From assembly GCA_913051775.1 (NCBI GenBank), contig CAJXCL010000002.1, positions 18,307 through 82,306 on the forward strand: a stretch of 64,000 nucleotides of DNA, read 5' to 3'. The translations under genes and the position numbers were made by a program. Origin of the DNA: an uncultured Nitrospirota bacterium. GTDB taxonomy: Bacteria > Nitrospinota > Nitrospinia > CAJXCL01. Under the pieces are notes generated by a model. That model had not been told where the DNA came from and ran no database searches. It was given only the letters and a program-made list of their open reading frames with translations. Positions 51,385-62,751 of this stretch are shown piece by piece (position 1 is the first letter of the stretch; every line of letters starts with the position of its first letter).

Positions 51385-53481
51385 ATGCATCAATCGGTTG
51401 AAATGGAACTTGGCGGTAAAAAACTGATCATAGAAACAGGGGAACTTGCCAAACAAGCTAATGGAGCAGTTTTAATCAGCTACAATGAAACAGTTGCGCT
51501 GGTTACGGCTGTAGCGAGCAAAGAGCCTGTAAAGGGCAAGGATTTTTTTCCTTTGATGTGTGAGTATAGGGAAAAAACTTACGCGGCAGGCAAAATTCCG
51601 GGAGGCTTTTTTAAACGAGAAGGTAGGCCAAGTGAAAAAGAAATTTTAACTTCCCGTTTAATGGACAGGCCGATAAGGCCTTTATTTGAAGATGGTTTTG
51701 CAAACGATACTCAAGTAATCTGCTACCCCCTTTCCCATGATAAGGAAAATGATCCGGATATATTAGGAATCTTAGGAGCTTCAGCCGCGCTAATCATATC
51801 AGATATCCCCTTTCTGAACCCCATTGGTGCTGTACGTGTTGGAAGGGTTGAAGGAAAATTTATCTGCAACCCAACTTATGACCAGCTTAACGAAAGTGAC
51901 TTAAACCTGGTAGTTGCCGGAACCAAAGATGCTATTGTTATGGTTGAGGGAGAAGCCAATGAATTATCTGAACATGAAATGGTTGAAGCGCTAATGTTTG
52001 GACATGAAGAAATTAAGAAGCTGGTTGATCTTCAAAATAAACTCAGAGAAATCGCGGGAAAACCAAAAAGAGTTGCTGAAAAACCTCAAAAGAACGAAGA
52101 TCTGATAGAAAAAGTAACCCGGTCTGCTAAAGAAAAATTGACAGATGCTTTGTTTATTAAAGAAAAAATAGCAATGTATGATGCGGTCTCTGCTATTGGC
52201 AAAGAGACAATATCCGAGATTGGGAGCGAAGAAGATGAAGGTTTAAATAAGGAAATCAAAGCAATTCTTGCTGGCCTTGAAAAGGAGATTGTGAGACATC
52301 ACATCATTGAAAAAGAAACAAGATCTGATGGTAGAGGACTTAAAGACATTAGGACGATTAGTGGCAGGGTCAAAGCTCTGCCGAGGACACATGGGTCTTC
52401 GTTATTCACAAGGGGAGAAACCCAGGCATTGGTTGTTTTAACACTGGGAACAAGTAGCGATGAACAAATAATGGATAGATTGGAAGGTAGAACAAAAAAA
52501 TCTTTTATGCTCCATTACAATTTTCCCCCATTTTCTGTGGGTGAAACTAAGTTCATAGGAAGCCCGGGAAGAAGAGAAATCGGCCATGGCGCTCTCGCAG
52601 AGAGGTCTATATCTAAAGTACTGCCTTCTAATGAAGAGTTTCCGTATACCATTAGAATTGTCTCGGATATTTTAGAGTCCAACGGCTCTTCATCAATGGC
52701 GACTGTTTGTGGCTCTTCGTTATCCTTAATGGATGCAGGCGTTCCAATCAAAACCCCGGTGGCTGGGATTGCCATGGGCTTGATTAAAGAAGGAGATAAA
52801 ATTGCTATCCTTTCGGATATTTTAGGACAGGAAGACCATTTAGGTGACATGGATTTTAAAGTAGCAGGAACTGCAGAAGGAATAACCGGTCTTCAAATGG
52901 ATATTAAAATTGACGGTGTAACAAAAGATCTTTTAGAAACCGCGTTACAGCAGGCAAAAGAAGGTAGGCTTTTTATTTTGGGTAAAATGAACGAAATAAT
53001 CGACAGCTCAAGAAAAGAACTCTCCCCTTATGCCCCGAGAATTATTACCATGCAAATTAAGACAGAGAGAATAAAAGATGTTATTGGACCGGGAGGAAAA
53101 ACCATCAGGGGTATTATTGATAAAACCGGTGTAACAGTAGATATTGACGACAAGGGTCTGGTGTCTTTAGGCTCCCCCGATGAATCAAGGCTGAATGAAG
53201 CGATTCAAATAATAGAAGGGTTGACGCAAAGCCCGGAAAAAGGTTGTATATATACCGGTATAGTTAAAAAAATTATGGATTTCGGCGCTTTTGTTGAAAT
53301 ATTACCCGGTATTGACGGTTTGGTACATATTTCACAAATTGCACCTCACAGAATAGATAAAGTGACCGACGTGTTAAAAGAAGGGGACGAAGTAAAAGTA
53401 AAAGTTTTGGAAATTGACCGCGACGGTAAAATTCGCCTGAGCCGCAAAGAAGCCTTGTCAGCGGAAGTGAATAAAAAATAG
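51385..53481 (+). CDS. pnp: Polynucleotide phosphorylase (PNPase) with KH and S1 domains
   Basis: RBS aaggaga precedes the ATG at 51385 (MHQSVEMELGGKKLIIETGELAKQANGAV). C-terminal KH and S1 domains are present. Confidence 0.95.
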   Translation: MHQSVEMELGGKKLIIETGELAKQANGAVLISYNETVALVTAVASKEPVKGKDFFPLMCEYREKTYAAGKIPGGFFKREGRPSEKEILTSRLMDRPIRPLFEDGFANDTQVICYPLSHDKENDPDILGILGASAALIISDIPFLNPIGAVRVGRVEGKFICNPTYDQLNESDLNLVVAGTKDAIVMVEGEANELSEHEMVEALMFGHEEIKKLVDLQNKLREIAGKPKRVAEKPQKNEDLIEKVTRSAKEKLTDALFIKEKIAMYDAVSAIGKETISEIGSEEDEGLNKEIKAILAGLEKEIVRHHIIEKETRSDGRGLKDIRTISGRVKALPRTHGSSLFTRGETQALVVLTLGTSSDEQIMDRLEGRTKKSFMLHYNFPPFSVGETKFIGSPGRREIGHGALAERSISKVLPSNEEFPYTIRIVSDILESNGSSSMATVCGSSLSLMDAGVPIKTPVAGIAMGLIKEGDKIAILSDILGQEDHLGDMDFKVAGTAEGITGLQMDIKIDGVTKDLLETALQQAKEGRLFILGKMNEIIDSSRKELSPYAPRIITMQIKTERIKDVIGPGGKTIRGIIDKTGVTVDIDDKGLVSLGSPDESRLNEAIQIIEGLTQSPEKGCIYTGIVKKIMDFGAFVEILPGIDGLVHISQIAPHRIDKVTDVLKEGDEVKVKVLEIDRDGKIRLSRKEALSAEVNKK

Positions 53482-53559
53482 CGGTCATTAGACAGTAGTT
53501 ATTTGTTTTAGAAATTATATTTTTTCTCCTCCTCCTTCTTAACTATTGACCAATGATTA

Positions 53560-54843
53560 ATGCAAATGAAACAACAAAAGGAAAAGGATTTTTACAAAAG
53601 CAAATTATCAAACGGTATCCCGGTTGTCACCGCAAATATTCCTTACCTGAGATCAATATCCATTGGAATTTGGATTAAGGCAGGATCACGCAACGAAATT
53701 CCGGAATTAAATGGTATTTTTCATTTCCTTGAACATCTTGCCTTTAAAGGAACCAAACGAAGATCTGCTCATCAAATTGCCATAGAGATGGATTCTATCG
53801 GCGGACATATGAATGCCTTCACAAGCCGGGAATATACCTGCTATACTGCAAAAGTTCTTGACGAGCATCTTCCCATTGCAATAGATGTCCTCTCTGATAT
53901 TCTTCTTAATTCTGTTTTTGACCCTAAAGAAATTGAACGTGAACGCAGAGTTATTCTTGAAGAAATAAATATGGTAGAAGACACTCCCGATGATCTCATC
54001 TTCGATATGCTTTACCAGAATGTCTGGTCAAACCATTCGCTCGGCTTGCCAACCCAGGGATTTCCTGAAACAGTAAAGAAAATATCAAGGCAGGATATCC
54101 TTTCTCATATGGAAAGGTTTTATAGTTCAAACAATGTCATCATTTCCATCGCGGGAAATATCGATTTTCCGGATTTAATGGATCTCCTGGAAAAACATTT
54201 TTGCAAATTTAAAAGCGCTGAAAAAAACGACCTCGATTCTGTTCAGGAAATGAAAGTCGGCAGAGTTTTCAAATACAAAAAACTGGAACAGGTGCATATT
54301 TGCCTCGCTGCAGCCGGGATTAAAACAAATGACAAGCAAAGATATGAGTGTTACCTTCTAAATATAATTCTCGGCGGATCAATGAGTTCCAGGTTGTTCC
54401 AAAAAATCAGGGAAGAAAAGGGATTGGCTTACTCTGTTAATTCAATAAGCAGTCATTACAGAGATACAGGTATATTTATGGTCTATGCGGCAACGGGGAC
54501 AAAAAACTATGCGACTGTCATAGAATTAATTGTACAAGAGCTTAAAGAAATCACAAGCAATAAAGTCGATGCAAGAGAATTGGAAAAGGCGAAAAATCAA
54601 CTGAAAGGGGGGCTTATGCTGTCGCTGGAAAGTTCCGGGAGCAGAATGGTGCAATTGGCAAAAGAAGAGATGTACTTTAAAAAACATTTTACATTAGATG
54701 AAATGATAAAAAATATTGATGCCGTTACCGCAAATGGGATAAAAAGCCTTGCGAACAGGCTGTTTTATAGTAAATCTTTTACTCTTGCCCTGTTAGGTCC
54801 AATTAGAAATAATAAAGTGTTGAAAGACATTTTGCATAATTAA
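53560..54843 (+). CDS. M16-family zinc peptidase (insulinase-like)
   Basis: Inverted zinc motif HFLEHLAFKGT (HxxEH). Confidence 0.85.
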   Translation: MQMKQQKEKDFYKSKLSNGIPVVTANIPYLRSISIGIWIKAGSRNEIPELNGIFHFLEHLAFKGTKRRSAHQIAIEMDSIGGHMNAFTSREYTCYTAKVLDEHLPIAIDVLSDILLNSVFDPKEIERERRVILEEINMVEDTPDDLIFDMLYQNVWSNHSLGLPTQGFPETVKKISRQDILSHMERFYSSNNVIISIAGNIDFPDLMDLLEKHFCKFKSAEKNDLDSVQEMKVGRVFKYKKLEQVHICLAAAGIKTNDKQRYECYLLNIILGGSMSSRLFQKIREEKGLAYSVNSISSHYRDTGIFMVYAATGTKNYATVIELIVQELKEITSNKVDARELEKAKNQLKGGLMLSLESSGSRMVQLAKEEMYFKKHFTLDEMIKNIDAVTANGIKSLANRLFYSKSFTLALLGPIRNNKVLKDILHN

Positions 54844-55143
54844 AAAAGACCACGGATTTCGCTGATTTTTTTTATTGTAAGTATTTCTACCTTTTCATAC
54901 CTGTCGAAAGCTTTCAAGGTTTCTAAAACTTTCACATAGGCACAGAAACCGGAGGATATCAAAAACCTACAGGTATTGACTTGGAAATTTCAATAACGTA
55001 AAGTTGGTATTTCATGTAAGCCCCGTTAAAAATTGTTTGTTGATTACTTACTTTAATCAAAAATGATCACAATCTGGAATTTCTAACGGAGTAAACCTTA
55101 TTCAGGATTTACAACATCTGAGATTAATAAAGTAGGAGCAAAA

Positions 55144-56640
55144 GTGAATATAAAAGTTATTAAAGGATCCCCCATTAAAATAAAAGGTGTTTGTCTCGCC
55201 TTATGGTGTTTTGAAAAAGATGTACTGAACCCTGTCATCAAGCAAGTAGACAAACAGTTGACTGGAATCATCCGACAGCTTGTAAAAGAAAAAATCTTTG
55301 AGGGTAAGCTGAATCAAACAACTTTTATCTATTCCCTTGGCAAACTGAACGTGGATAAAGTCATATTGATTGGGCTTGGAAAAAAAAAGGAAATGACTCT
55401 TGATAAACTAAGACAAACCTCGGCAACAATCGCCAAAATTGCTGAAGGAAAAGGCATAAAAAAACTCATGACAAATCTTCCTGATATGAAGATCAAGGGT
55501 ATGCCTGCTATGGATATCGGTCAGACAATTGCAGAAGGAACAATCCTCTCGCTTTATAAGTTTAATAAGTATAAGTCGGAAAAAAACAATAATGAGAAAA
55601 AACTCTCTGAACTAACACTTTTAACCGAAAATGAAAAAAACGTAAAGACCCTGAAATCCGGCGTGAGCATAGCACTGAAAATCTCAAAAGCTGTTTATTT
55701 TACGAGGGATTTAATTAACCACCCGGGGAATACCGCTACACCGACTTATCTGGCAGAACAGGCCAAAAAGATTGCAAAACAATGTAATATTAAATGCAAA
55801 ATCCTGAATAAACCGGATATGGAAAAATTAGGGATGGGCGGACTCTTAGGCGTCTCCAAAGGAAGCCATCAGCCGCCAAAGTTCATTATTCTGGAATATT
55901 GGGGAACAAAAAAAAATAAAGCGCCGATTGTCCTGGTTGGAAAAGGGTTGACCTTTGATTCTGGCGGCATTTCTCTCAAACCGGGACAGGGTATGGAGGA
56001 AATGAAAACAGACATGTCCGGCGGCGCTGGAATGATAGGCGCCATTATGGCAGCGGCTTCTCTGAAACTGCCTGTTAATGTTGTAACCTTAGTGCCCGCG
56101 TCTGAAAATATGCCGGGAGGAAGCGCTAATAAACCGGGAGATGTTTTAAAAACAATGTCCGGGAAAACTATTGAAGTGTTGAATACCGACGCTGAGGGAC
56201 GGCTTATTTTGGCAGACGCCCTAACTTACGCGGAAAAGTATAAACCAAAATCCGTGCTTGATATGGCTACCTTGACAGGCGCATGTGTTATCGCCCTTGG
56301 AAACCATGCTACCGGAATTTTGGGAAACGATGAAAAATTAATCGATGACATTAAAAAAGCCGGAGAAGTAGCTGGTGAAAAAGTCTGGCAACTTCCTCTC
56401 TGGGAAGAATATGACGAGTTGATAAAAAGCGATATTGCGGATCTAAAAAATATTGGTGGCCGCGGGGCAGGAACAATCACTGCGGCAGGGCTCTTAAAAA
56501 AATTCGCCTCGGAATATCCCTGGGCTCATCTTGACATTGCAGGAACCGCCTGGACAGAAAAACCAAAACCATATGTCCCAAAAGGAGCCGTTGGCGTTGG
56601 AGTCCGCATGATAGTGCAATATCTGAGAACATCATTTTGA
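55144..56640 (+). CDS. pepA: Leucyl aminopeptidase (M17)
   Basis: NTDAEGRLILADAL signature. GTG start. Confidence 0.9.
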   Translation: MNIKVIKGSPIKIKGVCLALWCFEKDVLNPVIKQVDKQLTGIIRQLVKEKIFEGKLNQTTFIYSLGKLNVDKVILIGLGKKKEMTLDKLRQTSATIAKIAEGKGIKKLMTNLPDMKIKGMPAMDIGQTIAEGTILSLYKFNKYKSEKNNNEKKLSELTLLTENEKNVKTLKSGVSIALKISKAVYFTRDLINHPGNTATPTYLAEQAKKIAKQCNIKCKILNKPDMEKLGMGGLLGVSKGSHQPPKFIILEYWGTKKNKAPIVLVGKGLTFDSGGISLKPGQGMEEMKTDMSGGAGMIGAIMAAASLKLPVNVVTLVPASENMPGGSANKPGDVLKTMSGKTIEVLNTDAEGRLILADALTYAEKYKPKSVLDMATLTGACVIALGNHATGILGNDEKLIDDIKKAGEVAGEKVWQLPLWEEYDELIKSDIADLKNIGGRGAGTITAAGLLKKFASEYPWAHLDIAGTAWTEKPKPYVPKGAVGVGVRMIVQYLRTSF

Positions 56641-56678
56641 TTTAACATTTATTGCTAACAGATAATCTTTCCTTTTAG

Positions 56679-57698
<1,020 letters not shown>

Positions 57699-57854
57699 GA
57701 GGGCTTTCATCATAATGCTGCTAAATGACAACAAAAAAATGCAAAATCACAAATTCCAAGCAACAAATATCAAATATTTCATTTTGAATTTATAAGATAA
57801 TAATATTTAAAATATATAGTGCAAACTTGTGGAAAAGATATAAGGATATCCTAA

Positions 57855-58637
57855 ATGAGAGGTTTATTGATTGCCGGAAACTGGAAAATGAACGGACTCA
57901 TAGGAGAGTCTGTTCAATTGATAAAAGAAATCCAACCAGCTAATAATGAAAAAATCGAAATAGTGCTTGCTCCCCCATTCACTGCCCTTCATGCTGTAAA
58001 CGCCTATCTGTCAAAGGATGATTCAGGACAAATAAATAATTTTTTTTTGGCAGCCCAGGATGTTTTTTGGGAAGAAAAAGGAGCTTACACCGGAGAAGTT
58101 TCTCCGGAAATGTTGGCAAATACTGGTTGTTATTATGTTATTATAGGCCATTCTGAAAGACGACAGTTTTTTCATGAAACAAACAAAACGGTTAATAAAA
58201 AAATTAAAGCTTCTTTAAAAGCAAATTTGCAATGCATCGTCTGTATAGGGGAAACTTTAGAGCAAAGAGAAAATGGCAATACATTTTCAATTATTGAGTC
58301 GCAAATTAAAGAAGGATTTGCTAATATATCATCCGAAGAGTTGGATAAGTGTATCATTGCCTACGAACCTGTCTGGGCAATCGGAACCGGAAAGACTGCC
58401 ACTCCTGAACAGGCTGAGGAGATACATCAATTCATCAGGAAAAAAATAGAGGAGATTTTCAACAAATTCTCCTCTGAAAAGATGAAAATCCTCTATGGCG
58501 GCAGTGTTAATCCGGGTAACGTGGAAGGGCTTCTTTCAAAAGAAGACATAGACGGTGCCCTTGTCGGTGGAGCCAGTTTAAAAGCAGAATCATTTAACAA
58601 AATTATTCAGGCAGGAGAAAATACAATCAACAATTAG
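57855..58637 (+). CDS. tpiA: Triosephosphate isomerase
   Basis: LIAGNWKMNG, …IGHSERR… and AYEPVWAIGTG. Confidence 0.95.
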   Translation: MRGLLIAGNWKMNGLIGESVQLIKEIQPANNEKIEIVLAPPFTALHAVNAYLSKDDSGQINNFFLAAQDVFWEEKGAYTGEVSPEMLANTGCYYVIIGHSERRQFFHETNKTVNKKIKASLKANLQCIVCIGETLEQRENGNTFSIIESQIKEGFANISSEELDKCIIAYEPVWAIGTGKTATPEQAEEIHQFIRKKIEEIFNKFSSEKMKILYGGSVNPGNVEGLLSKEDIDGALVGGASLKAESFNKIIQAGENTINN

Positions 58638-58732
58638 CGGTTAGCAATGAAAGTGTTTAGCGAGCGCATTCCCCGTATCTTACTAAGGGGAGCTTCAATA
58701 ATGTTATTCATTAACCACCTTCGGCGGGACTT

Positions 58733-58832
58733 TTTTAGACAAGATTAACGGGATTAACAAGATAAACGCAATGACATAGTCATTGCACTCCGAAATAAAT
58801 CCAGTCTATCCTGTTCATCCCGTCAAAAAAAA
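58733..58832. repeat. MITE-like element family B, between tpiA and secG
   Basis: Left ttttagacaagattaacgggattaacaagataaac (three 9-mer units). Core palindrome gcaatgacatagtcattgc, almost identical to the 31047 copy. Right ccagtctatcctgttcatcccgtc plus an A-run. Confidence 0.65.
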
Positions 58833-58921
58833 TAATAAAGAGGAAATTCCTATTCATAAATTTAAAAATGGACTATTAATATAAAATTGATAACTGTTAA
58901 TTGTTTTTGGGGGTTATTTTA

Positions 58922-59254
58922 ATGACTACATTTTTAACTATTTTACATATCACTTCAGGGTTGTCTTTAATACTGATAGTGCTGCTACAAACAGGAAAAG
59001 GAGCGACTATGGGAGCTGCTTTTGGCGGGTCCAGTCAAACGGTTTTTGGAAGCGGTGGTGCCGGTGGTTTTCTTGGAAAATTAACCACAGGGGTTGCTAT
59101 CCTGTTTATGGTAACTTCATTAAGTCTGGCAACTATATCTTCAAAAAAAACGACTTCCTCTATTGTTACTGAAGCAGGTCCACAATCAGAAGCGCCTGGA
59201 ACAGGTGAAAATTTCCCAACCGAACATAAAGAGACACCTGTCGAGGCTCGATAA
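58922..59254 (+). CDS. secG: Preprotein translocase subunit SecG
   Basis: …LLQTGKGATMGAAFGGSSQTVFGSGGAGGFLGKLT… RBS ggggg precedes the ATG at 58922. Confidence 0.85.
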   Translation: MTTFLTILHITSGLSLILIVLLQTGKGATMGAAFGGSSQTVFGSGGAGGFLGKLTTGVAILFMVTSLSLATISSKKTTSSIVTEAGPQSEAPGTGENFPTEHKETPVEAR

Positions 59255-59351
59255 TAGAAGGAATTTCTTTTAGAATGAGAAAAACCGCTCAGCCTACTAA
59301 GGACATCCGCTGAATTGCAGATCAAGATTCGGCTTTAATCACCTCTAACAT

Positions 59352-60219
59352 TTAACCAACAATTTTATCGGCGTCATCATAAGAGACCTGGCAGGTTTCC
59401 ACCGCCTTGTGTCCGCCACCACCGTACTTCAGCATAAGTGAGTCTACATCCACTTTCGCTTTGCGGTTGAAAATGCTGTAACCTATAGAAATGGCCACGA
59501 ACTGTTTCTTGAAACCGTCGATGAACCGGATGGAAATATTAGTATCAGGGTATAACGCGTAAACAAGGTGACGATTACCAAACGGAATCTCGGGAACACC
59601 CCGAAAATCGGTTATCACAATAGGTCCGTAAAGCTTGGAGTGTTATTCCAGCATCTTCCGGTGGAACTCATTTTTTTCTTTGTACCTGTCCACCCTTTCT
59701 TTAACGTCAGGCTCTGCCATAATTTCATCTATACTCTTGGTTCTTTAATGATCCACAAGCTCCTCTCATAAGCTGTTTATTGCTGATTTTATAACTGCGA
59801 TGGTATCCCAGGACTGTGCGGGGATCGCAAATGAAAGAGAGGAGCTCCCATCCCTGGGGATTGAGGATGTCGTCTTTGCTGAATTGAGCCGAATTCGCTT
59901 TATCAACCGCATCCATCATTTCCTTAAATTTACCAAGTTTTTCATCGCTGCCATAATACTCATAAACTACCATTTCGGCACTTGGAGCAGGCCTGCTGCA
60001 ACCTTTATACTTTCCTACAAGATTAAGCCGTTCATCCTCCCTGGAGTGGTGGCCAAACCGAAGTGAGCATTCTTCAACATACGGAACATTCACAAGAACA
60101 TCGTTTTCCGTAATAGGAACCTTGCCGTCCTGCAAATCCTTAGGATGCGCTAAAAACGTTTCGTTAATAATCCAGAGTTCTTTCAAAAGCGCTGCTGACA
60201 CCTGGCCGTCAAATCTCAT
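59352..60219 (-). pseudogene. Two consecutive minus-strand ORFs (59725-60219 and 59352-59618), possibly one frameshifted gene; the downstream part carries a GGGH (DHHA1-like) motif
   Basis: The ORFs are 106 nt apart on the same strand. The second contains LKYGGGGHKAVETCQV, a GGGH motif as in DHHA1 domains. No complete family assignment is possible by eye. Confidence 0.25.
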
Positions 60220-60870
60220 AAAAACCTCCCCAACTTATAAATTTTATAATAGACATTAATCCTTATTTTTTTAAGGGTTAATAATATTAAGAATTCTGCG
60301 ACCTGTTGTAAAGCCATTGAAAAGTATTTTCAACCTTCTAAAATATTTCCATATTAACACTATGAAAAAATCATTAATTATCATTTTTCAAGAGGATGTA
60401 TAGGATAGGCCTGATTTATTACCCTGCATTACGCACAATAAAGTAAAAAGCTGATACGAAAATATGCAAAGAGCAAATTTCAGGCAAAGGATGTGGGCTT
60501 TTTGTCTGCTTTTACCTCGCCTAAGATAAGTTGCTTCTTCACGAAGCGTTAGCTAGACTCCAAAAATATAACGACAAGCCAGAAACTTAGAAGATATTTT
60601 TTGATAGTTTGTCCGAATCCTTCATTTTGGTTTACTAATCATGACATTCCAATTAAGCATCCTCATCCAATATCTTGCTGCTTTATCATACTTTGAAAAA
60701 TGTACCCCATATCTACCTCATCAGGGAATATTTCGACAATATTTTTAATCTTAGATACAAAAAGTTTGAAAAGAAGAAGCTAATATTCTTATAATTCAGT
60801 ATGGTCGTCCCAATCTCAATTTTGGATAATCTGTTGTTGAACAATCTGCTGATTAAAGGAGGAGATTTCT

Positions 60871-62271
60871 ATGGAAACACTTGCCAAATGGAAAATAAGG
60901 ATTAAAGACCTCTTGGATTCAACGGAATATGATATTCCCGTTATCCTTAGAGGATGGGTCAAGACCCGGAGAGGCTCTAAAAAATTTTCTTTTGTTGAAG
61001 TTAATGATGGCTCCACTCTGCACAATATACAGGTAATTGCGGACTGCAATTTACCTAATTACTCCGACATAGAAAAACTTACAGCGGGATGCAGTATCCG
61101 GGTGGAGGGAAAACTGGTGAAATCTCCCGCCAAAGGACAGAATGTCGAAGTCCAGGCTGACAAGATATCTGTTTACGGATGGGCAGACCCTGAAAAATAT
61201 CCATTGCAGAAAAAAGCCACCAGCCGTGAATTTTTAAGACAGATTGCCCACCTGAGACCCCGCACTAAGACATTTGGAGCCGTTTTCCGGGTGAGAAATA
61301 TCCTGGCTTGTGCGGTCCATAAGTTTTTCCAGGACAGAGGTTTTGTTTATGTCCACACACCAATTATTACTTCCAGCGACTGTGAAGGAGGTGCAGAAAT
61401 GTTTCAGGTCTCAACGCTTGATTATGACAATCCACCTGTTAAAGACGGCATTGTTGATTTTTCACAGGATTTTTTTGGAAAATCGGCGAAGTTAACTGTA
61501 AGCGGTCAACTGGAAGGTGAACTTTTTGCCACTGCATTGATGGATATTTATACTTTTGGTCCGACCTTCAGAGCGGAGAATTCACAAACACCGAGACATC
61601 TTGCGGAATTCTGGATGGTTGAACCGGAAATGGCTTTCTGCGATTTTGAGGAAAATATAATCCTGGCAGAGGATTTTTTAAAATATATTTTGAATTATGT
61701 GTTGGAAAATTGTGAAGAAGATCTGCTTTTTCTTGGGAAAAGAAATGAGGTTGATGTTTTAAAACAGTTAAAAAAGGTTGTGGATTCCCAGTTTAATAAA
61801 ATTACTTATACTGAGGCTGTAGAGTTGTTGAAAAATTCAGGCAAATCTTTTGAATATCCGGCCGACTGGGGCAAGGATTTGCAAACGGAACATGAAAAAT
61901 ATTTAGCCGAGGAAAAATTTCACGGACCTGTGGTTGTTACCGATTTCCCAAAAGAGATAAAGGCATTTTATATGAGACTGAATGATGACGAAAAGACTAT
62001 GCGGGCTATGGACATATTGCTCCCGGGAATAGGTGAGATCATAGGAGGCAGTCAGCGTGAAGAAAGGCTGGATTTTTTACAAGATAGAATAAAAGAAATG
62101 GGATTTAATGAAGACGATTATTGGTGGTATTTAGACATCCGCAGATTCGGGACGGTTCCCCACGCCGGGTTTGGCGTTGGTTTTGAGAGAGTGCTCCAAT
62201 TCGTTACTGGTATGAGCAACATTAGGGATGTGATCCCGTTTCCCAGGGTTCCAAATAACGCAGAATTTTAA
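60871..62271 (+). CDS. asnS: Asparaginyl-tRNA synthetase
   Basis: Class IIb motifs [24 protein letters not shown] and [15 protein letters not shown] aaaggagg upstream. Confidence 0.9.
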   Translation: METLAKWKIRIKDLLDSTEYDIPVILRGWVKTRRGSKKFSFVEVNDGSTLHNIQVIADCNLPNYSDIEKLTAGCSIRVEGKLVKSPAKGQNVEVQADKISVYGWADPEKYPLQKKATSREFLRQIAHLRPRTKTFGAVFRVRNILACAVHKFFQDRGFVYVHTPIITSSDCEGGAEMFQVSTLDYDNPPVKDGIVDFSQDFFGKSAKLTVSGQLEGELFATALMDIYTFGPTFRAENSQTPRHLAEFWMVEPEMAFCDFEENIILAEDFLKYILNYVLENCEEDLLFLGKRNEVDVLKQLKKVVDSQFNKITYTEAVELLKNSGKSFEYPADWGKDLQTEHEKYLAEEKFHGPVVVTDFPKEIKAFYMRLNDDEKTMRAMDILLPGIGEIIGGSQREERLDFLQDRIKEMGFNEDDYWWYLDIRRFGTVPHAGFGVGFERVLQFVTGMSNIRDVIPFPRVPNNAEF

Positions 62272-62683
62272 AGCAAAGTTTTGTGGATTACTTTTTTAGC
62301 CACTAAGACACAGAGGTGCGAAGAATTATTATATAAAATTTCTTACTTTTCGTGTTCTTCGTATTACTAACCTGGGAAACGTTCTTTTTTTAGCAACGTT
62401 TTTGGCAAACTATTAGAATATAAAATGGAATATCGAAACCAGAAATTCGAAGTAATATCGAAATTCAAATTTCTAAAATTCAAAACAACCTGACCATGCC
62501 TTGTTTGGATGGAAAGCTTTTGAGTCTTGAGCATTAGAAATTTTGTTATTCGAATTTGTTTCGAATTCAAGCCTTTACTTGATTTCTTCATTGGGCGAAT
62601 CTTGGTCGATTTTTACCAAAATTTCGATATTCGAATTTCGGATTTTTGAGAAAGGATTTAGAAAATTAACATTTTATTTAGTG

Positions 62684-62723
62684 CCTATTGTGGTTGCGGC
62701 TCTGCTGGGCTATGTAATCTGCG
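62684..62723 (+). repeat. Partial (3' half only) REP-like family A copy upstream of tilS
   Basis: cctattgtggttgcggctctgctgggctatgtaatctgcg matches the gaattgtggttgcgg…ctctgcg 3' block of the other copies. Confidence 0.5.
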
Positions 62724-62751
62724 AACTATTTTTTTTGCAGTTAATTTATTC

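Noticed and set aside
58690-58735. accaccttcggcgggacttttttag after tpiA as an intrinsic terminator
   Set aside because: It is followed by a T-run, but the flanks of the ttcg do not form a convincing stem (ccacc vs ggcgg are not complementary). It is more likely the edge of the adjacent family-B element, so I do not call it a terminator.
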